Origin: Azolla caroliniana
Lineage: Eukaryota; Plantae; Polypodiophyta
Assembly (NCBI GenBank): GCA_043228905.1
Contig: JBHGNT010000040.1
Span: forward strand, 186,001 to 250,000
Direction of reading: 5' to 3'
DNA length: 64,000 nt
A program made the translations under genes and the position numbers. This document shows positions 27,412 to 42,020 of the stretch, piece after piece; within the stretch, counting starts at the first letter, position 1; each line of letters begins with the position of its first letter. The notes beneath the pieces are model-generated. The model was not told the DNA's origin, made no database searches, and saw only the letters and a program-made list of their open reading frames with translations.

Positions 27412-29544
27412 TGTTTGAACACTAAAATCGGATATCACCCGAGCCAGTAATGAACATTTTAATTTACTCACGCGCTCTTCTCAACTCCCTCCTCTAATTT
27501 ACTAATTTATTCATGTCTCGTGACCTGAGTTTCAAAATCTTGATTTTCTAATTCTATATTACAGCTAGTGTTGTTAGCTTTGATTCGCATGTTTGAACAC
27601 AACCATCCGATATCACACGAGCCAGGTATGACAATTTTAATTTACTCACGCGCTCTTCTCAACTCCCTCGTCTAATTTGCAAATTTCTTCCTGTCTCTCG
27701 ACCTAAGTTTCAAAATCTTGATTTTTTAATTCCATATCATAGCTAGTGTTGTTAGCATCGATTCGCATTATGGAACACTAAAATCGGATATCACACGAGC
27801 CGGGTATGACAATTTTAATTTACTCACACGCTCTTCTCAACTCCCTCCTCAAATTTACTAATTTCTTCATGTCTCTCGACCTGAGTTTCAAAATCTTGAT
27901 TTTCTAATTCCATATTATAGCTAGTGTTGTTAGCTTCGATTTGCATCTTTGAACACAACAATCCTATATCACACGAGCCAGGTACGAACATTTTAATTTA
28001 CTCACGCGCTCTTCTCAACTCCCTCCTCTAATTTTCTAATTTCTTCCTGTCTCTCGACCTGAGTTTCAAAATCTTGACTTTTTAATTCCATATCATAGCT
28101 AGTGTTGTTAGCTTCGATTCGCATCTTTGAACACTAAAATCCGATATCACACGAGCCAGGTATGACAATTTTAATTTACTCACGCGCTCTTCTCAACTCC
28201 CTCCTCTAATTTGCTAATTTCTTCATGTCTCTCGACCTGAGTTTCAAAAACTTGATTTTTTAATTCCATATCATAGCTAGTGTTGTTAGCTTTGACTCGC
28301 ATGTTTGAACACAAAAATGGGATATCACACGAGCCAGGTATGACAATTTTAATTTACTCACGCGCTCTTCTCAACTCCCTCCTCTGATTTACTAATTTCC
28401 TCATGTCTCTCGACCTGAGTTTCAAAATCTTGATTTTCTAATTCCATATCATAGCTACTGTTGTTAGCTTCGATTCGCAGGTTTGAACACAACAATCCGA
28501 TATCACACGAGGCAGTTATGAACATTTTAATTTACTCACTTGCTCTTCTCAACTCCATCCTCTAATTTACTAATTTCTTCATGTCTCTTGACCTGAGTTT
28601 CAAAATCTTGATTTTTTAATTCCATATAATAGCTAGTGTTATTAGCTGCGATTCGCATGATTGGAACCCTAAAATCGGATATCACACAAGCCAGGTATGA
28701 CAATTTTAATTTACTCACGCGCTCTTCTCAACTCCCTCCTCTAATTTACTAATTTGTTCATGTCTCTGGACCTGAGTTTCAAAATCTTGATTTTTTAATT
28801 CCATATCATAGCTAGTGTTGTTAGCTTCGATTCGCATGTTTGAACACAAAAATCGGATATCACACGAGCCAGTTATGAACATTTTAATTTACTCACGCGA
28901 TCTTCTCAACTCCCTCCTCTGATTTACTAATTTCCTCATGTCTCTCGACCTGAGTTTCAAAATCTTGATTTTTTAATTCCATATCATAGCTAGTGTTGTT
29001 AGCTTCGATTCGCATGTTTGAAAACAAAAATCGGATATCACACGAGCCAGGTATGACAATTTTAATTTACTCACGCGCTCTTCTCAACTCCCTCCTCTGA
29101 TTTGCTAATGTCCTCATGTCTCTCGACCTGAGTTTCAAAATCTTGATTTTCTAATTCCATATCATAGCTAGTGTTGTTAGCTTCGATTCGCAGGTTTGAA
29201 CACAAAAATCGGATATCACACGAGCCAGTTATGAACATTTTAATTTACTCACGCGCTCTTCTCAACTCCCTCCTCTAATTTACTAATTTCTTCATGTCTC
29301 TCGACCTCAGTTTCAAAATCTTGATTTTTTAATTCCATATCATAGCTAGTGTTATTAGCTGCGATTCGCATGATTGGAACACTAAAATCGGATATCACAC
29401 GAGCCAGTTATGAACATTTTAATTTACTCACAAGCTCTTCTCAACTCCCTCCTCTAATTTGGTAATTTCTTCATGTCTCTCGACCTGAGTTTCAAAATCT
29501 TGATTTTTTAATTCCATATCATAGCTAGTGTTGTTAGCTTCGAT

Positions 29545-32500
29545 TCGCATGTTTGAACACAAAAATCGGATATCACACGAGCCAGGTATGACAATTTTAA
29601 TTTACTCACGCGATCTTCTCAACTCCCTCCTCTGATTTGCTAATTTCCTCATGTCTCTCGACCTGAGTTTCAAAATCTTGATTTTCTAATTCGATATCAT
29701 AGCTAGTGTTGTTAGCTTCGATTCGCAGGTTTGAACACAACAATCCGATATCACACGAGCCAGGTACGAACATTTTAATTTACTCACGCGCTCTTCTCAA
29801 CTCCCTCCTCTGATTTACTAATTTCATCATGTCTCTCGACCTGAGTTTTAAAATCATGATTTTGTAATTCCATATCATAGCTAGTGTTGTTAGCTTCGAT
29901 TCGCATGTTTGAACACTAAAATCCGATATTACACAAGCCAGGTATGACAATTTTAATTTACTCACTTGCTCTTCTCAACTCCCTCCTCAACTTTACTAAT
30001 TTCTTCATGTCTCTCGACCTAAGTTTCAAAATCTTGATTTTTTAATTCCATATCATAGCTAGTGTTATTAGCTGCGATTCGCATGATTGGAACACTAAAA
30101 TCGGATACCCACGAGCCAGTTATGAACATTTTAATTTAGTCACGCGCTCTTCTCAACTCCCTCCTCTGATTTACTAATTTCCTCATGTCTATCGACCTGA
30201 GTTTCAAAATCTTGATTTTCTAATTCCATATCATAGCTAGTGTTGTTAGCTTCGATTCGCAGGTTTGAACACAAAAATCGGATATCACACGAGCCAGGTA
30301 TGACAATTTTAATTAACTCACTTGCTCTACTCAACTCCCTCGTCTGATTTGCTAATGTCCTCATGTCTCTCGACCTGAGTTTCAAAATCTTGATTTTCTA
30401 ATTCCATATGATAGCTAGTGTTGTTAGCTTCGATTCGCATGTTTGAACACAACAATCCCATATCACACGAGCCAGGTACGAACATTTTAATTTACTCACG
30501 CGCTCTTCTCAACTCCCTCCTCTAATTTGCTAATTTCTTCATGTCTCTCGACCTGAGTTTCAAAATCTTGATTTTTTAATTCCATATCATAGCTAGTGTT
30601 GTTAGCTTTGATTCGCATGTTTGAACACTAAAATCCGATATCACACGAGCCAGTTATGAACATTTTAATTTACTCACTTGCTCTTCTCCACTCCCTCCTC
30701 TAATTTGCTAATTTCTTCATGTCTTTCGACCTGAGTTTCAAAATCTTGATTTTTTAATTCCATTTTATAGCTAGTGTTATTAGCTTCCATTCGCATGATT
30801 GGAACACTAAAATCGGATATCACACGAGCCAGTTATGAACATTTTAATTTACTCACGCGCTCTTCTCAACTCCCTCCTCTAATTTACTAATTTCTTCATG
30901 TCTCTCGACCTCAGTTTCAAAATCTTGATTTTTTAATTCCATATCATAGCTAGTGTTATTAGCTGCGATTCGCATGATTGGAACACTAAAATCGGATATC
31001 ACACGAGCCAGTTATGAACATTTTAATTTACTCACAAGCTCTTCTCAACTCCCTCCTCTAATTTGGTAATTTCTTCATGTCTCTCGACCTGAGTTTCAAA
31101 ATCTTGATTTTTTAATTCCATATCATAGCTAGTGTTGTTAGCTTCGATTCGCATGTTTGAACACAAAAATCGGATATCACACAAGCCAGGTATGACAATT
31201 TTAATTTACTCAGGCGATCTTCTCAACTCCCTCCTCTGATTTGCTAATTTCCTCATGTCTCTCGACCTGAGTTTCAAAATCTTGATTTTCTAATTCCATA
31301 TCATAGCTAGTGTTGTTAGCTTCGATTCGCAGGTTTGAACACAACAATCCGATATCACACAAGCCAGGTACGAACATTTTAATTTACTCACGCGCTCTTC
31401 TCAACTCCCTCCTCTGATTTACTAATTTCTTCATGTCTCTCGACCTGAGTTTCAAAATCATGATTTTTTAATTCCATATCATAGCTAGTGTTGTTAGCTT
31501 TGACTCGCATGTTTGAACACAAAAATCGGATATCACACGAGCCAGGTATGACAATTTTAATTTACTCACGCGATCTTCTCAACTCCCTCCTCTGATTTGC
31601 TAATTTCCTCATGTCTCTCGACGTGAGTTTCAAAATCTTGATTTTCTAATTCGATATCATAGCTAGTGTTGTTAGCTTCGATTCGCAGGTTTGAACACAA
31701 CAATCCGATATCACACGAGCCAGGTACGAACATTTTAATTTACTCACGCGCTCTTCTCAACTCCCTCCTCTGATTTACTAATTTCATCATGTCTCTCGAC
31801 CTGAGTTTTAAAATCATGATTTTGTAATTCCATATCATAGCTAGTGTTGTTAGCTTCGATTCGCATGTTTGAACACTAAAATCCGATATTACACAAGCCA
31901 GGTATGACAATTTTAATTTACTCACTTGCTCTTCTCAACTCCCTCCTCAACTTTACTAATTTCTTCATGTCTCTCGACCTAAGTTTCAAAATCTTGATTT
32001 TTTAATTCCATTTTATAGCTAGTGTTATTAGCTGCGATTCGCATGATTGGAACACTAAAATCGGATACCCACGAGCCAGTTATGAACATTTTAATTTAGT
32101 CACGCGCTCTTCTCAACTCCCTCCTCTGATTTACTAATTTCCTCATGTCTATCGACCTGAGTTTCAAAATCTTGATTTTCTAATTCCATATCATAGCTAG
32201 TGTTGTTAGCTTCGATTCGCAGGTTTGAACACAAAAATCGGATATCACACGAGCCAGGTATGACAATTTTAATTAACTCACTTGCTCTACTCAACTCCCT
32301 CGTCTGATTTGCTAATGTCCTCATGTCTCTCGACCTGAGTTTCAAAATCTTGATTTTCTAATTCCATATGATAGCTAGTGTTGTTAGCTTCGATTCGCAT
32401 GTTTGAACACAACAATCCCATATCACACGAGCCAGGTACGAACATTTTAATTTACTCACGCGCTCTTCTCAACTCCCTCCTCTAATTTGCTAATTTCTTC

Positions 32501-33530
32501 ATGTCTCTCGACCTGAGTTTCAAAATCTTGATTTTTTAATTCCATATCATAGCTAGTGTTGTTAGCTTTGATTCGCATGTTTGAACACTAAAATCCGATA
32601 TCACACGAGCCAGTTATGAACATTTTAATTTACTCACTTGCTCTTCTCCACTCCCTCCTCTAATTTGCTAATTTCTTCATGTCTTTCGACCTGAGTTTCA
32701 AAATCTTGATTTTTTAATTCCATTTTATAGCTAGTGTTATTAGCTTCGATTCGCATGATTGGAACACTAAAATCGGATATCACACGAGCCAGTTATGAAC
32801 ATTTTAATTTACTCACGCGCTCTTCTCAACTCCCTCCTCTAATTTACTAATTTCTTCATGTCTCTCGACCTCAGTTTCAAAATCTTGATTTTTTAATTCC
32901 ATATCATAGCTAGTGTTATTAGCTGCGATTCGCATGATTGGAACACTAAAATCGGATATCACACGAGGCAGTTATGAACATTTTAATTTACTCACAAGCT
33001 CTTCTCAACTCCCTCCTCTAATTTGGTAATTTCTTCATGTCTCTCGACCTGAGTTTCAAAATCTTGATTTTTTAATTCCATACCATAGCTAGTGTTGTTA
33101 GCTTCGATTCGCATGTTTGAACACAAAAATCGGATATCACACAAGCCAGGTATGACAATTTTAATTTACTCACGCGATCTTCTCAACTCCCTCCTCTGAT
33201 TTGCTAATTTCCTCATGTCTCTCGACCTGAGTTTCAAAATCTTGATTTTCTAATTCCATATCGTAGCTAGTGTTGTTAGCTTCGATTCGCAGGTTTGAAC
33301 ACAACAATCCGATATCACACGAGCCAGGTACGAACATTTTAATTTACTCACGCGCTCTTCTCAACTCCCTCCTCTGATTTACTAATTTCTTCAGGTCTCT
33401 CGACCTGAGTTTCAAAATCATGATTTTTTAATTCCATATGATAGCTAGTGTTGTTAGCTTTGACTCGCATGTTTGAACACAAAAATCGGATATCACACGA
33501 GCCAGGTATGACAATTTTAATTTACTCACG
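29545..33530. repeat. 11-monomer HOR, period 1960 bp, two tandem copies; a third partial copy at about 35.6-36.3 kb (offset 3922)
   Basis: TCGATATCAT at 29691 and 31651. Identical spurious ORFs at 29780/31740/35662 and near-identical ones at 30140/32100/36022. Confidence 0.9.
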
Positions 33531-36500
33531 CAATCTTCTCAACTCCCTCCTCTGATTTACTAATTTCCTCATGTCTCTCGACCTGAGTTTCAAAATCTTG
33601 ATTTTCTAATTCCATATCATAGCTAGTGTTGTTAGCTTCGATTCGCACGTTTGAACACAACAATCCGATATCACACGAGGCAGTTATGAACATTTTAATT
33701 TACTCACTTGCTCTTCTCAACTCCCTCCTCTAATTTACTAATTTCTTCATGTCTCTCGACCTGAGTTTCGAAATCTTGATTTTTTAATTCCATATCATAG
33801 CTAGTGTTATTAGCTGCGATTCGCATGATTGGAACCCTAAAATCGGATATCACACAAGCCAGGTATGACAATTTTAATTTACTCACACGCTCTTCTCAAC
33901 TCCCTCCTCTAATTTACTAATTTCTTCATGTCTCTCGACCTGAGTTTCGAAATCTTGATTTTTTAATTCCATATCATAGCTAGTGTTATTAGCTGCGATT
34001 CGCATGATTGGAACACAAAAATCGGATATCACACGAGCCAGGTATGACAATTTTAATTTACTCACGCGATCTTCTCAACTCCGTCCTCTGATTTACTAAT
34101 TTCCTCATGTCTCTCGACCTGAGTTTCAAAATCTTGATTTTTTAATTCCATATCATAGCTAGTGTTGTTAGCTTCGATTCGCATGTTTGAACACAAAAAT
34201 CGGATATCACACGAGCCAGTTATGAACATTTTAATTTACTCACGCGCTCTTCTCAACTCCCTCCTCTAATTTACTAATTTCTTCATGTCTCTCGACCTCA
34301 GTTTCAAAATCTTGATTTTTTAATTCCATATCATAGCTAGTGTTATTAGCTGCGATTCGCATGATTGGAACACTAAAATCGGATATCACACGAGCCAGTT
34401 ATGAACATTTTAATTTACTCACAAGCTCTTCTCAACTCCCTCCTCTAATTTGGTAATTTCTTCATGTCTCTCGACCTGAGTTTCAAAATCTTGATTTTTT
34501 AATTCCATATCATAGCTAGTGTTGTTAGCTTCGATTGGCATGTTTGAACACAAAAATCGGATATCAGACAAGCCAGGTATGACAATTTTAATTTACTCAC
34601 GCGATCTTCTCAACTCCCTCCTCTGATTTGCTAATTTCCTCATGTCTCTCGACCTGAGTTTCAAAATCTTGATTTTCTAATTCCATATCATAGCTAGTGT
34701 TGTTAGCTTCGATTCGCAGGTTTGAACACAACAATCCGATATCACACGAGCCAGGTACGAACATTTTAATTTACTCACGCGCTCTTCTCAACTCCCTCCT
34801 CTGATTTACTAATTTCTTCATGTCTCTCGACCTGAGTTTCAAAATCATGATTTTTTAATTCCATATCATAGCTAGTGTTGTTAGCTTTGACTCGCATGTT
34901 TGAACACAAAAATCGGATATCACACGAGCCAGGTATGACAATTTTAATTTACTCACGCAATCTTCTCAACTCCCTCCTCTGATTTACTAATTTCCTCATG
35001 TCTCTCGACCTGAGTTTCAAAATCTTGATTTTCTAATTCCATATCATAGCTAGTGTTGTTAGCTTCGATTCGCATGTTTGAACACAAAAATCGGATATCA
35101 CACGAGCCAGTTATGAACATTTAAATTTACTCACGCGCTCTTCTCAACTCCCTCCTCTAATTTACTAATTTCTTCATGTCTCTCGACCTGAGTTTCAAAA
35201 TCTTGATTTTTTAATTCCATATCATAGCTAGTGTTATTAGCTGCGATTCGCATGATTGGAACACTAAAATCGGATATCACACGAGCCAGTTATGAACATT
35301 TTAATTTACTCACAAGCTCTTCTCAACTCCCTCCTCTAATTTGGTAATTTCTTCATGTCTCTCGACCTGAGTTTCAAAATCTTGATTTTTTAATTCCATA
35401 TCATAGCTAGTGTTGTTAGCTTCGATTCGCATGTTTGAACACAAAAATCGGATATCACACGAGCCAGGTATGACAATTTTAATTTACTCACGCGATCTTC
35501 TCAACTCCCTCCTCTGATTTGCTAATTTCCTCATGTCTCTCGACCTGAGTTTCAAAATCTTGATTTTCTAATTCCATATCATAGCTAGTGTAGTTAGCTT
35601 CGATTCGCAGGTTTGAACACAACAATCCGATATCACACGAGCCAAGTACGAACATTTTAATTTACTCACGCGCTCTTCTCAACTCCCTCCTCTGATTTAC
35701 TAATTTCATCATGTCTCTCGACCTGAGTTTTAAAATCATGATTTTGTAATTCCATATCATAGCTAGTGTTGTTAGCTTCGATTCGCATGTTTGAACACTA
35801 AAATCCGATATTACACAAGCCAGGTATGACAATTTTAATTTACTCACTTGCTCTTCTCAACTCCCTCCTCAACTTTACTAATTTCTTCATGTCTCTCGAC
35901 CTAAGTTTCAAAATCTTGATTTTTTAATTCCATTTTATAGCTAGTGTTATTAGCTGCGATTCGCATGATTGGAACACTAAAATCGGATACCCACGAGCCA
36001 GTTATGAACATTTTAATTTAGTCACGCGCTCTTCTCAACTCCCTCCTCTGATTTACTAATTTCTTCATGTCTCTCGACCTGAGTTTCAAAATCTTGATTT
36101 TCTAATTCCATATCATAGCTAGTGTTGTTAGCTTCGATTCGCAGGTTTGAACACAAAAATCGGATATCACACGAGCCAGGTATGACAATTTTAATTAACT
36201 CACTTGCTCTACTCAACTCCCTCGTCTGATTTGCTAATGTCCTCATGTCTCTCGACCTGAGTTTCAAAATCTTGATTTTCTAATTCCATATGATAGCTAG
36301 TGTTGTTAGCTTCGATTCGCATGTTTGAACACAAAAATCGGATATCACACGAGCCAGTTATGAACATTTTAATTTACTCACGCGCTCTTCTCAACTCCCT
36401 CCTCTAATTTGCTAATTTCTTCATGTCTCTCGACCTGAGTTTTAAAATCTTGATTTTTTAATTCCATATCATAGCTAGTGTTGTTAGCTTCGATTCGCAT

Positions 36501-36949
36501 GTTTGAACACAAAAATCGGATATCACAAGAGCCAGGTATGACAATTTTAATTTACTCACGCGATCTTCTCAACTCCCTCCTCTGATTTACTAATTTCCTC
36601 ATGTCTCTCGACCTGAGTTTCAAAATCTTGATTTTCTAATTCCATATCATAGCTAGTGTTGTTAGCTTCGATTCGCAGGTTTGAACACAACAATCCGATA
36701 TCACACGAGCCAGGTACGAACATTTTAATTTACTCACGCGCTCTTCTCAACTCCGTCCTCTGATTTACTAATTTCATCATGTCTCTCGAGTTGAGTTTTA
36801 AAATCATGATTTTCTAATTCCATATCATAGCTAGTGTTGTTAGCTTCGATTCGCATGTTTGAACACAAAAATCGGATATCACACGAGCCAGGTATGACAA
36901 TTTTAATTTACTCAAGCGATCTTCTCAACTCCCTCCTCTGATTTACCAA

Positions 36950-39900
36950 TTTCATCATGTCTCTCGACCTGAGTTTCAAAATCTTGATTTTCTAATTCCA
37001 TATAATAGCTAGTGTTGTTTGCTTCGATTCGCAGGTTTGAACACAACAATCCGATATCACACGAGCCAGGTACGAACCTTTTAATTTACTCACGCGCTCT
37101 TCTCAACTCCCTCCTCTAATTTACTAATTTCTTCATGTCTCTCGACCTGAGTTTCAAAATCTTGATTTTTTAATTCCATATCATAGCTATTGTTATTAGC
37201 TTCGATTCGCATGTTTGAACACTAAAATCCGATATTACACAAACCAGGTATGACAATTTTAATTTACTCACTTGCTCTTCTCAACTCCCTCCTCTAATTT
37301 ACTAATTTCTTCATGTCTCTCGACCTGAGTTTCAAAATCTTGATTTTTTAATTCCATATCATAGCTAGTGTTATTAGCTGCGATTCGCATGATTGGAACA
37401 CTAAAATCGGATATCACACGAGCCAGTTATGAACATTTTAATTTACTCACAAGCTCTTCTCAACTCCCTCCTCTAATTTGGTAATTTCTTCATGTCTCTC
37501 GACCTGAGTTTCAAAATCTTGATTTTTTAATTCCATATCATAGCTAGTGTTGTTAGCTTCGATTCGCATGTTTGAACACAAAAATCGGATATCACACGAG
37601 CCAGGTATGACAATTTTAATTTACTCACGCGATCTTCTCAACTCCCTCCTCTGATTTACTAATTTCCTCATGTCTCTCGACCTGAGTTTCAAAATCTTGA
37701 TTTTTTAATTCCATATCATAGCTATTGTTGTTAGCTTCGATTCGCATGTTTGAAAACAAAAATCGGATATCACACGAGCCAGGTATGACAATTTTAATTT
37801 ACTCACGCGCTCTTCTCAACTCCCTCCTCTGATTTGCTAATGTCCTCATGTCTCTCGACCTGAGTTTCAAAATATTGATTTTCTAATTCCATATCATAGC
37901 TAGTGTTGTTAGCTTCGATTCGCATGTTTGAACACAAAAATCGGATATCACACGAGCCAGGTATGACAATTTTAATTTACTCACGCGATCTTCTCAACTC
38001 CCTCCTCTGATTTACTAATTTTCTCATGTCTCTCGACCTGAGTTTCAAAATCTTGATCTTTTAATTCCATATCATAGCTAGTGTTGTTAGCTTCGATTCG
38101 AAGGTTTGAACACAACAATCCGATATCACACGAGCCAGGTACGAACATTTTAATTTACTCACGCGCTGTTCTCAACTCCGTCCTCTGATTTACTAATTTC
38201 ATCATGTCTCTCGAGTTGAGTTTTAAAATCATGATTTCCTAATTTCATATCATAGCTAGTGTTGTTAGCTTCGATTCGCATGTTTGAACACAAAAATCGG
38301 ATATCACACGAGCCAGGTATGACAATTTTAATTCACTCAAGCGATCTTCTCAACTCCCTCCTCTGATTTACTAATTTCATCATGTCTCTCGACCTGAGTT
38401 TCAAAATCTTGATTTTCTAATTTCATATAATAGCTAGTGTTGTTTGCTTCGATTCGCAGGTTTGAACACAACAATCCGATATCACACGAGCCAGGTATGA
38501 ACCTTTTAATTTACTCACGCGCTCTTCTCAACTCCCTCCTCTAATTTACTAATTTCTTCATGTCTCTCGACCTGAGTTTCAAAATCTTGATTTTTTAATT
38601 CCATATCATAGCTATTGTTATTAGCTTCGATTCGCATGTTTGAACACTAAAATCCGATATTACACAAACCAGGTATGACAATTTTAATTTACTCACTTGC
38701 TCTTCTCAACTCCCTCCTCTAATTTACTAATTTCTTCATGTCTCTCGACCTGAGTTTCAAAACCTTGATTTTTTAATTCCATATCATAGCTAGTGTTATT
38801 AGCTGCGATTCGCATGATTGGAACACTAAAATCGGATATCACACGAGCCAGTTATGAACATTTTAATTTACTCACGCGCTCTTCTCAACTCCCTCCTCTA
38901 ATTTGCTAATTTCTTCATGTCTCTCGACCTGAGTTTCAAAATCTTGATTTTTTAATTCCATATCATAGCTAGTGTTGTTAGCTTCGATTCGCATGTTTGA
39001 ACACTAAAATCCGATATTACACAAACCAGGTATGACAATTTTAATTTACTCACTTGCTCTTCTCAACTCCCTCCTCTAATTTACTAATTTCTTCATGTCT
39101 CTCGACCTGAGTTTCAAAACCTTGATTTTTTAATTCCATATCATAGCTAGTGTTATTAGCTGCGATTCGCATGATTGGAACACTAAAATCGGATATCACA
39201 CGAGCCAGTTATGAACATTTTAATTTACTCACGCGCTCTTCTCAACTCCCTCCTCTAATTTGCTAATTTCTTCATGTCTCTCGACCTGAGTTTCAAAATC
39301 TTGATTTTTTAATTCCATATCATAGCTAGTGTTGTTAGCTTCGATTCGCATGTTTGAACACAAAAATCGGATATCACAAGAGCCAGGTATGACAATTTTA
39401 ATTTACTCACGCGATCTTCTCAACTCCCTCCTCTGATTTACTAATTTCCTCATGTCTCTCGAGCTGAGTTTCAAAATCTTGATTTTCTAATTCCATATCA
39501 TAGCTAGTGTTGTTAGCTTCGATTCGCATGTTTGAACACAAAAATCGGATATCACACGAGCCAGGTATGACAATTTTAATTTACTCACGCGATCTTCTCA
39601 ACTCCCTCCTCTGATTTACTAATTTTCTCATGTCTCTCGACCTGAGTTTCAAAATCTTGATCTTTTAATTCCATATCATAGCTAGTGTTGTTAGCTTCGA
39701 TTCGAAGGTTTGAACACAACAATCCGATATCACACGAGCCAGGTACGAACATTTTAATTTACTCACGCGCTGTTCTCAACTCCGTCCTCTGATTTACTAA
39801 TTTCATCATGTCTCTCGAGTTGAGTTTTAAAATCATGATTTCCTAATTTCATATCATAGCTAGTGTTGTTAGCTTCGATTCGCATGTTTGAACACAAAAA

Positions 39901-42020
39901 TCGGATATCACACGAGCCAGGTATGACAATTTTAATTCACTCAAGCGATCTTCTCAACTCCCTCCTCTGATTTACTAATTTCATCATGTCTCTCGACCTG
40001 AGTTTCAAAATCTTGATTTTCTAATTCCATATAATAGCTAGTGTTGTTTGCTTCGATTCGCAGGTTTGAACACAACAATCCGATATCACACGAGCCAGGT
40101 ACGAACCTTTTAATTTACTCACGCGCTCTTCTCAACTCCCTCCTCTAATTTACTAATTTCTTCATGTCTCTCGACCTGAGTTTCAAAATCTTGATTTTTT
40201 AATTCCATATCATAGCTATTGTTATTAGCTTCGATTCGCATGTTTGAACACTAAAATCCGATATTACACAAACCAGGTATGACAATTTTAATTTACTCAC
40301 TTGCTCTTCTCAACTCCCTCCTCTAATTTACTAATTTCTTCATGTCTCTCGACCTGAGTTTCAAAATCTTGATTTTTTAATTCCATATCATAGCTAGTGT
40401 TATTAGCTGCGATTCGCATGATTGGAACACTAAAATCGGATATCACACGAGCCAGTTATGAACATTTTAATTTACTCACAAGCTCTTCTCAACTCCCTCC
40501 TCTAATTTGGTAATTTCTTCATGTCTCTCGACCTGAGTTTCAAAATCTTGATTTTTTAATTCCATATCATAGCTAGTGTTGTTAGCTTCGATTCGCATGT
40601 TTGAACACAAAAATCGGATATCACACGAGCCAGGTATGACAATTTTAATTTACTCACGCGATCTTCTCAACTCCCTCCTCTGATTTACTAATTTCCTCAT
40701 GTCTCTCGACCTGAGTTTCAAAATCTTGATTTTTTAATTCCATATCATAGCTATTGTTGTTAGCTTCGATTCGCATGTTTGAAAACAAAAATCGGATATC
40801 ACACGAGCCAGGTATGACAATTTTAATTTACTCACGCGCTCTTCTCAACTCCCTCCTCTGATTTGCTAATGTCCTCATGTCTCTCGACCTGAGTTTCAAA
40901 ATATTGATTTTCTAATTCCATATCATAGCTAGTGTTGTTAGCTTCGATTCGCATGTTTGAACACAAAAATCGGATATCACACGAGCCAGGTATGACAATT
41001 TTAATTTACTCACGCGATCTTCTCAACTCCCTCCTCTGATTTACTAATTTTCTCATGTCTCTCGACCTGAGTTTCAAAATCTTGATCTTTTAATTCCATA
41101 TCATAGCTAGTGTTGTTAGCTTCGATTCGAAGGTTTGAACACAACAATCCGATATCACACGAGCCAGGTACGAACATTTTAATTTACTCACGCGCTGTTC
41201 TCAACTCCGTCCTCTGATTTACTAATTTCATCATGTCTCTCGAGTTGAGTTTTAAAATCATGATTTCCTAATTTCATATCATAGCTAGTGTTGTTAGCTT
41301 CGATTCGCATGTTTGAACACAAAAATCGGATATCACACGAGCCAGGTATGACAATTTTAATTCACTCAAGCGATCTTCTCAACTCCCTCCTCTGATTTAC
41401 TAATTTCATCATGTCTCTCGACCTGAGTTTCAAAATCTTGATTTTCTAATTTCATATAATAGCTAGTGTTGTTTGCTTCGATTCGCAGGTTTGAACACAA
41501 CAATCCGATATCACACGAGCCAGGTATGAACCTTTTAATTTACTCACGCGCTCTTCTCAACTCCCTCCTCTAATTTACTAATTTCTTCATGTCTCTCGAC
41601 CTGAGTTTCAAAATCTTGATTTTTTAATTCCATATCATAGCTATTGTTATTAGCTTCGATTCGCATGTTTGAACACTAAAATCCGATATTACACAAACCA
41701 GGTATGACAATTTTAATTTACTCACTTGCTCTTCTCAACTCCCTCCTCTAATTTACTAATTTCTTCATGTCTCTCGACCTGAGTTTCAAAACCTTGATTT
41801 TTTAATTCCATATCATAGCTAGTGTTATTAGCTGCGATTCGCATGATTGGAACACTAAAATCGGATATCACACGAGCCAGTTATGAACATTTTAATTTAC
41901 TCACGCGCTCTTCTCAACTCCCTCCTCTAATTTGCTAATTTCTTCATGTCTCTCGACCTGAGTTTCAAAATCTTGATTTTTTAATTCCATATCATAGCTA
42001 GTGTTGTTAGCTTCGATTCG
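36950..42020. repeat. 17-monomer HOR (3029 bp) composed of related 9-mer (1604 bp) and 8-mer (1425 bp) units
   Basis: TTCGAAGGTTTG variant at 38101, 39705 and 41130. TACGAACCTT at 37071 and 40100. Confidence 0.85.
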
